Shown in pieces: positions 1-10,670 of a stretch of 64,000 bases of DNA. Below the pieces are notes generated by a model. It was not told the DNA's origin and searched no databases. It saw nothing but the letters and a program-made list of their open reading frames with translations. Source of the stretch: Octopus sinensis (Eukaryota); contig NC_043010.1 in assembly GCF_006345805.1 (NCBI RefSeq), forward strand, positions 62,744,001 to 62,808,000, given 5' to 3'. How positions within the stretch are numbered: position 1 is the first letter of the stretch; every line of letters begins with the position of its first letter. The position numbers and the translations under genes were made by a program.

Positions 1-220
1 TCAGCTCAAATTCTTTAGATGCATCACAACACTCTTTAGGCCATATTGATCCATCCTAGACAATATATAAACCCAAGACGTTAGTGATTTCAACTTGTCC
101 TTATGCCCTAATAGGGGTCATCTTTTATCACAGAATCCCTCTACTTGTTGGTCATACAAAACAATTTTCAGAGTGTGATCATCTTGATTTGAACAATATG
201 TATTATAAATATGTATATAT

Positions 221-264
<44 letters not shown>

Positions 265-361
265 AGCACATAGTTGAAATTTATAGAAAAACAAAAGACG
301 AAGACAGGTGTATGAACAACAAGCAGGTGTATTAGTCTGACACTCCGGAAAATGAAAAGTT

Positions 362-397
362 CTTTTACGTTTCGAGTCTATGCTCTTCAACAGAGAG
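362..397 (-). ncRNA. Minimal type-I hammerhead-like motif (non-canonical core) in a ~150-bp repeat (~275-430)
   Basis: Minus strand: ct CTGTTGA A GAG cataga CTC GAAA CGTA aaag. Helix II and a palindromic ACGU helix III are present. Confidence 0.45.
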
Positions 398-1059
398 GAA
401 TAAGAGAAAATAAACAGGGAGAGAATGAAAAAAAAAAAAGCTGTAGATTTAGCAGTCAAGCATGGTGAAAGATTAGAAAAAAAAGTTATGTATATACAAT
501 AAGTCTGATATCAGGAATGCCAGAGAGTCAATCCTGGTCCCTGACCATTCTTTCTGGGTGAAGAAAGAAAGTGATCCATTGTTCAATGTTTCAATAGAGA
601 GCATTGATGGGGTTGGAATCACTGACCTCCTCAGGTTATACATCTGATATATATATATATATATATATAGCATCTTGGGCAAGTGTATTCTACTATAACC
701 TCAGGCTGACCAAAGCCTTGTGAGTGGATTTGGTAGATGGAAACTGAAAGAAACCCATCATATATGTATATACATTTGTGTGCCTGTGTTTGTCCCCCCA
801 ACATCGCTTGACAACCGATTCTGGTGTGTTCATGTCCCCGTAACCTAGCGGTTCGGCAAAAGAGTCTGATAGAACAAGTGCTAGGCTTACAAAGAATAAG
901 TTCTGGGGTGTACTTGCTTGACTATAGGCAGTGCTCCAGCATGGCCGCAGTCAAATGCCTGAAACAAGTCAAAGAATATAAGGATATAATGCAAAAACGC
1001 CCTCCAGACTGTGGAGAGTGAATAAAATAGAAATTAAATTAAAAAAATATATTGTTTCT

Positions 1060-1476
1060 TATTTCTTTATTTGCCCACAAGGGGCTAAACATAGATGGGA
1101 CAATCAAGGACAGACAAACGGATTAAGTCGCTTACATTGACCCCAGTGCGTAACTGATACTTAATTTATTGACCCTGAAAAGATGAAAACAAAGTCGACC
1201 TCGGCGGAATTTGAACTCAGAACATAACGGCAGACGAAATACCTATTTCTTAACTACCCACAAGGGGCTAAACACAGAGGGGACAAACAAGGACAGACAA
1301 AGGGATTAAGTCTATTATATCGACCCCAGTGTGTAACTGGTACTTAATTTATCGACCCCGAAAGGATGAAAGGCAAAGTCAACCTCGGCGGAATTTGAAC
1401 TCAGAACGTAGCGGCAGAAGAAATACGGCAAAGAATTCCGTCAGGCATGCTAATGTTTCTGCGAGCTCTCTGCCTT
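1060..1476 (-). mobile_element. SINE family A dimer (head-body-tail-body-tail) with 18-bp TSD
   Basis: AAAAAATATATTGTTTCT at 1042-1059 and 1477-1494. Confidence 0.85.
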
Positions 1477-2201
1477 AAAAAATATATTGTTTCTGTGTGG
1501 CCCAGTGGTTGCGGGTTCCTGCTATGAAGCATCATCCTAGCTGTGAGCAGAATTATAATTAAAGACGAAAAATATGTAGGGCTAAAAGTATTCCTCTGGT
1601 CCTTAAAGGGTCCATTGCGGTTCACTTGATATTCCAACAGATCCACAGGTCAGCCACACACTCTTTGCTCTTCAGCAGTGCTTTCTTCCTTTTCTTACAA
1701 ATCCTTCTTCACATTATACAACCACATCTCACTTCTTACATGCACATATATACACTCACCTGCTTATACACACACATACCCTCACATAATATACACACTT
1801 ACACATCTCATACAGTTTGTGCCAAGAATCCCCTCATTCTCTGTTGTTCTTTACCACTTCCATTCTCCCCCTCAATACCACCACCACCACCACCACCTAC
1901 CTACTCTCTCCTTTTCTCTTATCTGTCTGTCTCTGCTCACTCCCCCTCTTTCTTTCTCTATACTCTCTCTTTCTCTCTATAGTCTCTCTCTCTCTCGTTC
2001 TCTCTCACCTTGTTATTGGAAAATTTCAGGCCAAGTCTTCCTACCTATAATTATATTATTGTGTGTATGTGTATACCTATGTGTATGTGTGTGTGTGAGG
2101 TGAGTGTATGTATGTGTGTATATATGGATGTATTTGTGTGTATATACATATATGTGTGTATGTATGCCTGTATATATATACATATCTGAAGCATGAATGT
2201 A

Positions 2202-2232
<31 letters not shown>

Positions 2233-2277
2233 TTATGTGTGTATATATTTATATTTATATGTATATGTATGTGTATG

Positions 2278-2324
<47 letters not shown>

Positions 2325-2435
2325 TACTGTGCATATGGTGTACATGATTGCTGTTGTATTATGTGTATATACATATATGTGTGTATGGCTGTATATATAC
2401 ATATATATATTTATGTGTGTATGTATGTATATATG

Positions 2436-2474
<39 letters not shown>

Positions 2475-3691
2475 CTGTGCATATGGTGTACATGTCTGCT
2501 GTTGTATTATATGCACATGTAATCTCCCCCCCCCCCAACCACCCATTGTTGCTACTACTATTACATATCACCGCCACCGCCACCACCACTAATACTTCTA
2601 ATTCTATTGCAGCTTCTGTCTGTCTGTCCGTCCCTCTGTTTTGTCCTAGGAAAGACACAAGAGGGAGAAAAAGAACCCTCCACACCCACCCGCTCACTCA
2701 CATGGATGCGCGCTCGCGCATACCACACACACATGCACATACACCCGCCTGCACGCACACACACACATGCAAATATCTGTCTGTGTTCCCCCTCCCCCCC
2801 TTCTTTCCGACCATCCCTGCCTGGAGGCCAGTTTGGACTGGAGTGAAGTGGTGGGGAGGAGAGGGAGGTGTTGTTGTTGTTTGGAGAGAAGGAAGAGGGT
2901 GAGGTAGGCGAAGGTGGTGGTGGTCATGTGGGGAAGGAGGAAAAAAAGTAATATGGTATTAGTGGTGGTGGTGGGAAAGAAGGGAGATGGTGGGCGGTGG
3001 TGGAAGGTTGGTGGTGGTGGTGGTAAAGCTGGTAGGAGCTGGTGATGGTGGTGGTGGTGGCCATATTTAAGGTAAGACAAAATTAACAGTAACTGTTTTA
3101 GTTTGAAAGAAAAATATGATTTTTTTTTTTGTATAAAGACCCAGGGTGGAAAAAGGGTGGATAGGTAGGTGGGTGGTGTAGTGAGGGTGGGTGGTAGTAG
3201 TGATGCTGACACAATCTATATATTTGCTTGTCTCCTCTGTCACCAACCCTCCTCCACCCCACCCCACACCACTGCCATCTGTCTGGCTAGCGTTCTCCAT
3301 CCCCACCCCATACCGCACATCTTCCTTCCCTGTCTGCATCTGCCCCCCGCCCTCCACCCACTTTCTCTCATCTCCATGTAACCCAGCCATCCATACACTT
3401 CCTTCCTCAATGCATCATCATCATCATCATCAGCGGCAGTGGAAGGATGGGAGGTGGAGGTGCACCATCCACTGCCAACCTGATCACAATGTGGCCCAGC
3501 ATAACCACCACCATCATCATTATCACCACCACCATCATCACCACATTCCCAGTGACACATGACCATCATCATCACCACTGCCATTACCATGTGACTACCA
3601 CTAGTTACCATGCCACTCCAAGACCACCATCATGCCTCCACCACTTTACTCAATGTCACTAATACCACCACCCACCAGTTAGCATCCTGCT

Positions 3692-3692
<1 letters not shown>

Positions 3693-3732
<40 letters not shown>

Positions 3733-3885
3733 TATTATTATTATTATTGTTGTTATTATCATTATCATCATCATCATTTTTATTAATCATTATTATTATT
3801 ATTATTATTATTATTGTTATTGTTATTATTATTGTCATTATTATTGTTATTATCATTATTATTTGTTGTTATTAATATTATTATT
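3693..3885. repeat. Compound (ATC)n/(ATT)n microsatellite
   Basis: Direct reading. Confidence 0.95.
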
Positions 3886-4706
3886 AAGACTGTAAGCTGG
3901 CAGAATTGTTAGAGTGCTTAGCAGCATTTCATCCGTCTTTATGTTCTGAGTTCAAATTCCGCCAAGGTCGACTTTACTTTTCATGCTTTGAGGTCGATAA
4001 AATAAGTACCAGTTGAACACTGGGATTGGTGTAATCAACTCATCCCCTCCCTCAAAATTGCTGCCCTTGTGGCAAAATTTGAAAACATTATTATTATTAT
4101 TATTACAACTTGGCCTTTCATCTCTCTTGGGGGTTGATAAAATTCATACCAGTTGAACACCAAGGTTGAAGTCATTAATTTATTCCTCACCCGGAATTGC
4201 TGGCCTTGTGCCAAAATTTGAAATCATTACTATTATTATTGTTGTTGTTGTTGTTGTTATTGAGTGAGAGAGCAGTGCCTGCCATCAAAGTGACACTTGG
4301 GTAAAATATACAAAGCCCAGTATACCCATCATGACTACCCGTTTGATAAGGGTACACCAGGCACATTGCATCACAACCATATGTGTGTGACATGGTGATC
4401 TCATATCAAGATAAACAACGCATGACCTTGTCGGTGGGGACCCAGTTAGAATTTTCTTCTGGTCGAGTAGCCCATCCTGCCCAAAAGGTCCCTGAATAAG
4501 GGTTGTTTAAGGATGTTGAACGAAACTCCCATGTTTCCAGAGGTGAATTATCCAAACCCCAAAGAATTCCTCTCAACACATGGCTATGATGCTCCCCAAC
4601 TACTTCTACTCATGATCAGGGGTGTACATATCGTCAGCTACGGAGGAACATGCTCAACTGGTTACGGTCAAACAACTGACAAGCAAATCTCTGGTATTGA
4701 GCTGAA

Positions 4707-4743
<37 letters not shown>

Positions 4744-5775
4744 TGTGGTGGTGGCAGAATTGTTACTGTGCCAGACCAAATGCTTAGTGGCGCTTTGTCT
4801 GTCTTTACATTCTGTGTTCAAATTCTGCCAAGGTCAACTTGATCTTTCATCCTTTCAGGGTCAATGAAATAAAAACCAGTTCTGGGGCGCGGTGGGGGAG
4901 GGGTCAATATAATCAACTTATTCCTTCCCCTCAAAAGCTAATGGTTCTCTGCCAAAATCTGAAAGATGTCTATTATTATTGTTATCATTATGAAGGCAGT
5001 GAACCTGCAGAACTGTTAGTACACTGGACAAAGTGCTTTGTCGCAATTTGGCCATCTGGAAGTTCTGAGTTCAAATTCCGATCAGGTCAACTTACCCTCT
5101 TCCCTGAATCTGCTGGCCTTGAGCCAAAATTTGAAACCAGCATCATCATCATCATCATCATCACCATCACCATCATCATTATTTTTTCCAAGGTAGTTGA
5201 GGGTGGAGAGAGAAGTGTTGCCTTGTAACAAGTTTGTTGAAAGGTGGGTGAATGTTGGAAGAATGGCCAATGTGAAAGGACCAATTCTGAGTGTGCACCT
5301 GTGAGAAATAAAAGAAGGGCTCTTGCCCTGTTGATCAGGCAACCATGGTTTTTCTGGGGTTTTTCAAGAAGACCTTAAAGCGCCTCCCCTATTGGGAGTT
5401 TTAATTTGTTCAATTTTTAATTGTTACTTATATTGTGTACACATGGAGAACCCATTGTATTGTCCAGGTTTTGTCTTTTATATTGTTACCTGTCCTTTAA
5501 TGTTATTTTATGTGAGCCCTTGTGGCTAATAAAAGAATTATTATTATTATTATTATTATTATTAAGGTGGCAAGCTAGTAGAGTCCTTAGCAATTTGGAT
5601 GTAATGCTTAGCAGTATTTTGCCTGTCATTAGGTTCTAGATTCAAATTTTGCCAAGGTTGACTTCGCCTTTCATCCTTTCAGGGTCACTAAATTAAGTAC
5701 CTGTGAAACACTAGGGGTCGATGTAATCAACTAACCCCCTCCCCCAAATTTCAGCCCTTGTGCCTGCAGTAGAAA
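3885..5775 (+). mobile_element. Cluster of older SINE A copies with alternative tail (~3885-4090, 4750-4970, 4995-5140, 5565-5775)
   Basis: Repeated tggcagaa..ttctgagttcaaatt..aggtcgact..catcctt body; tail aaaattgctggccttgtgcc..., each flanked by (ATT)n/(ATC)n. Confidence 0.75.
4262..4610 (-). mobile_element. Interspersed repeat family D (other copies ~57310-57563 and ~59341-59500 on +)
   Basis: Three homologous copies (..GTACCCTTATCA.ACGGGTAGTCATGATGGGTATACTGGGC..). The 3' end CTCTCTCACTC is followed by (AAT/AAC)n in two copies. Confidence 0.75.
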
Positions 5776-5917
5776 GCTTCCTTACCATCCACGTACTTCC
5801 GGGTTCAGTCCCACTGTGTGGCACCTTGGGTGAGTGTCTGCTATTATAACCTCGGTCTGACCAAAGACTTGTGAGTGGATTTGGTAGACAGAAACTGAAA
5901 GAAGCCCATCGTATATA

Positions 5918-5985
<68 letters not shown>

Positions 5986-6469
5986 ATATGTATATGTCTG
6001 TGTTTATTCCCCCACCACCATCTCTTGACAACCGATGTTGGTGTGTTTATGTCCCCGTAACTTAGCGGTTTGGCAAAACAGACTGATAGAATGAGTACTA
6101 GTCTTACAAAGAACAAGTCCTGGGGTTGATTTGCTCAACTAAAGGTGGTGCTCCAGCATGGCTGCAGTCAAATGACTGAAACAAAAGAATGAAAGAATTA
6201 TTATCATCATCATCATCATCAATAGTAGTAGTAGTAGTATATAATTGCCATTTCATTATCAGAAGTCTCTATGTGGTATTCGACATGCTAGAAATAACAG
6301 TAAAATTTTCATCATCATATTTTATGTAAGGAAAACAGATGTTGGGGTAATGTGGTACCTGCACACAATGGGAAAAAAAAAATTGTGGTGGTCATAACTG
6401 GAATGTGTTTGATCAAGGACGACTTGGGAGTAAACAACAACCATACCACCTTCACCATCCAACCATTAC

Positions 6470-7224
6470 TGAGACACCACCACCACCACCACCACCACTG
6501 CCATCTTCATCACTCATTATCAGTCATCATCATCATCATCATCATCGCCATCATCATTGCTCACATCCTCTTCACCATGACACCCATCCTCCTCATCACC
6601 ATTAACACCACATGACCATCATCACATCCCATCTGTCTGGCTCTCCTTACTCCTCAACACTGTCACTCCCCCCCCCCGACCCTTCCCCACACCAGTGCAT
6701 TACTTCCCACCCACCACCACTACCACCACCCCCCGCCGCCACCAAGTCCCATCCGCCTTTCTCACCTTCCCTTCCCTTACTACCACCACCACCACCATCA
6801 CTGCAGCAGAGCAGCAGGGATGCCACTTTTCCCTTCACCCCCTTCTCCCTCCCACCTACTTCACCAAACAACCAGTCCCCCCCCACCGCCCCCACCACCA
6901 CCACCACCACCATTACATCCATGTCATGCACCCCCTCCTCCCACCCCGTCCCACTCTCCACCACACCTGACCACCACCATCACCACCACTACCACCACCA
7001 AGCCTTATTCTCTCTCTCTTTCCTCTACATGCATCCACCCACCCACCCACCCGCCCCCTCCACACCACACCTGGCCCATTCTACTCAACACCCTCATCCC
7101 CCACCCCCACCCCCCGTGCTGCTTGCTGCTTAGGATCCATCAAACTCCATCCACTTCTGTTTGTTACTGCAGCCTCTCACTTTCACTCCTGCCTCCCACT
7201 ATTTCTGTCATTCCACCACCACCA

Positions 7225-7256
<32 letters not shown>

Positions 7257-7870
7257 ACCATCACCTCCATTATCTCTGCCATTGTTCCCCTCCACCTATT
7301 ATTAATACCATCTCCATGATTACTACTCCTCCCCCTTCATTATCAAATAATACCACCATCAGCCACCAACACCAATGCAACCACCGCCGCCACCACCACC
7401 ATCATCACCACTACTCCCTTGCCAATAAAGGCTGCCACCACCACCACCACCACCACTATGAACATCACTGCCTCCACCACTACCACCACTGTGAACATCA
7501 CTGCCGCCGCCGCCACCACCACCACCATCACCATCATCACCACTACTCCCTTGCCAATAAAGGCCACCACCACCAACATCACTGCCTCCACCACCATCAT
7601 CACCACTACTCTCTTGCCAATAAAGGCCACCACCACCAACATCATTGCCTCCACCACCACCACCATCATCATCACTGCTTCTCTGGCAAGTACAATCACC
7701 ACAAACACCCACCACCCCCACCACCTCACCCCCTCCTTCCTTCCTCATCAAGATCAGCTCCACCACTGGCACCACCACCACCAGAGCAGCCATCATGTCT
7801 CCCCCACCTACCACCACTCCTCCTTGCAGCAGTACCGCCCACCCACCCACCCCCTACTCTACCCATCCCA
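6470..7870. repeat. (CCA/CAT)-rich low-complexity tract with recurring CACTACTCYCTTGCCAATAAAGGC units (7410-7630)
   Basis: Strongly C/A-biased + strand; three near-identical units. Confidence 0.85.
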
Positions 7871-8371
7871 TCTGTCAGCCTCCATGAGATGTAGCCTTTG
7901 TAGCTTTCACTTAACCCCTCTTTGGACACACAGACAGCCGCATGCACACGCACACGTAAACCTACTGGCATATCTATGCTCACACACACACACACACACA
8001 CACATGTGCACGGATGCACACATATCTAAATGTATGCAAGTGTGTGTGTGTGTCTGTAATTATGTGGGTGTATATATGTGTGTACACATGTGTGATTGCA
8101 TTCATCTTTCTGCTGTATACATGTGTGTGTGTGTATACATATATATATATATTCATACATGTAATGTGTTCATGTATGTTTTTGTACTGGTTTGTGTGTA
8201 TGCCTGTGTATGACTAGATGTGTGTATACGTGGCCATAAATTATACACCATATATATATATATACACATACGCATATATGCACGCATACACATATACCCT
8301 TTTGTGATTTAAGAATAATCCACCCTGACTTTGTAATGTCTCCTCATCCATTTATTTGCCCTTGTGGCTTA

Positions 8372-8409
<38 letters not shown>

Positions 8410-8517
8410 CTAATTAGTTGTTTCTTCTGCAGGAAGGACCCCTCCCCTTCCCCTCTGTTGCCATGACACTCAACCAGTAAAGGAGGTGGAGTAGGTGAGT
8501 GTGGGTAGGTGGCGGAC

Positions 8518-8551
<34 letters not shown>

Positions 8552-10197
8552 TTGAAAACACTAATTAATTAATAAGTTAGCTAATTAGCTAATCAATGTC
8601 TCCATTAACCACAGAGCTTTGGAGTAGGGTGATGTTGGGTGGATGGGGTCCAGGTATTGAGAGGCATCTATGATTTACATAGTGTTAAATGAATTTAAAG
8701 AAAGGAAAACGAACAGAGTTCTCGTCTCCGGGATAGGCTGCAAATCATGGGATTTGTTAACTTTACTCTCCAAAACACAGTTTGGTTTTTTTTTTTTTAC
8801 TTTAATATTTTCACCTAAAGTTGTTTTATTTTTTAATTTCATTTTTATGATGTTTGAAGGAAGACCATTGATACCCATTTTGGCCCTCAATGTTCTGAGT
8901 TCAAATCCCTCTGACAAACATAGACGAAATATAAATAAAATACAGAGGTGGATTCATTTGGCTAAAACTTCGTCATCATTCTGCGAACTGGCAGAATTGT
9001 TAGCACACCGGGCAAAAACACCATTTTGTCTGTCTTCACTTTCTGAGTTCAAATTCCACAGAGGTTCACTTTATCCACTTTACCATTCATCTTTTCAGTA
9101 TGGCCAGTCTAATCACTGATACAAGTGAATGATAAAAGATACACACACACATAAATTTGTTTATGATTGTGGATCCTGTGTGCCTGTGTCTTCACATCAT
9201 ATGAGATTGTAAATGAACATCACTGCCATACACATTCCTTGTTATTCGTTTCCTGTCTTCCAAAGGTAAAAAAAAAAAAAATGCTTACCTTGCTTAGAAA
9301 CAGGTGGGGATTGGCAACAGGAAGGGCATCTGGACATTGGGAATCTGCCTCAGTAAATTCTATAGTGTGGCATGATTTAGTAGACTGCCATTTCTAGCAG
9401 GTCATGCAACCATATAGTGACTCGGTTCCAGTTTGGGTGAGCACAACAAGGGTTTCTGACCCTGAAGAGAGAAACAATTAAGACAGTGGGTCTGTTTGAA
9501 GAACTGCATCTCCTCCTTAACCCCAGCTGGGAGTACATTTATTGAGGGAGGACTGGGGTGGAGTGGTGTGGGGTCAAAGGTCACTGCATTTATATGGATG
9601 TCAGCTTGAAGGTCACTGCAGTCATTAAATTTTGGAGGTCAGGTCAAATGCTCCCACCCAGAATTGAAGTAATTATTTTTATGTTAAAAGTAGGGTGGAG
9701 CTGTTGTTGTTTAGCCCCGGGTCATCTCTGATGAAACGGGCCCCTAATCAAATAAATTCAGCCCTATGTTTATCTAGGACTACTTTATGGAATATGTTCT
9801 TGATTGACAATTTGTGTTTTGCAGTAATGATTATTATTATTATTATTATTATTATTATGTAAGGAGTTATTATTCTCTGTGTGATCCCTTTATGGGTAAA
9901 AAAATCATCATCATCATCATTCTGCAAGTTGGCAGAGTCGTTAGCACACCGGGCAAAAACAACATTTTGTCTGTCTTTACGTTCTGAGTTCAAATTCCAC
10001 CGACGTCCACTTTATCTTACATCCTTTCAGGGTCGATAAAATAAATAGCTGTCGAGTACTGGGGTTGATGTAATTGACTTAGCCCCTCTCCTGAAATTAC
10101 TGCTCTTGTGCCCACATTTCGAATTATTACTATTATTTCTTTTCTTTTCCGTCTAAATATATCAACCTTGCCCTTTCATCCTTTCTGGAGTGATTAA

Positions 10198-10418
10198 CCC
10201 TTTTTATACCAACCTGGCTGAAACCGGTTCTGGCTCTGAATACAAATGTCTTGTTTTCATAAGTTTTGAATTGAAATCTTCCACCAAACCTTAGTCACAA
10301 TTTATGTTCCTAACACTAGTTGAATGATAACTAAATTATTTTACTAAATTCTTTGTTATATTTAAAATTAATTGAAAGAAACACAGAGCATCTTAATAGA
10401 AATATGGTAACAAAAGGG
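10198..10418. mobile_element. TTAA-flanked (piggyBac-like) MITE family 1, copy 1
   Basis: TTAA-CCCTTT...AAAGGG-TTAA, 221 bp. Confidence 0.8.
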
Positions 10419-10449
10419 TTAAAATATATAATAGAGAAACAATTCTTAA

Positions 10450-10670
10450 CCCTTTCGTTACCAACCTGGCTGAAACCGGTTCTGACTCTGAATACAAATG
10501 TCTTGTTTTCATAAGTTTTGAATTGAAATCTTCCACCAAACCTTAGTCACAATTTATGTTCCTAACACTAGCTTAATGATAACCAAATTATTTGACTAAA
10601 TTCTTTGTTATATTTAAAATTAATTGAAAGAAACACAGAGCATCTCAACAGAAATATGGTAACAAAAGGG
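10450..10670. mobile_element. TTAA-flanked MITE family 1, copy 2
   Basis: TIR CCCTTTCGTTACCA / TGGTAACAAAAGGG with TTAA on both sides. Near-identical to copy 1. Confidence 0.85.

Noticed and set aside
1626-3856. His/Pro/Thr/Tyr-Ile-rich ORFs
   Set aside because: They are translations of (CA), (AT), (CCA) and (ATC) repeats, open in several frames on both strands, with no domain.
6352-8213. Long low-complexity ORFs (mucin-like or His-rich)
   Set aside because: CCA-rich DNA lacks stops in all frames; there is no signal peptide or splice support.
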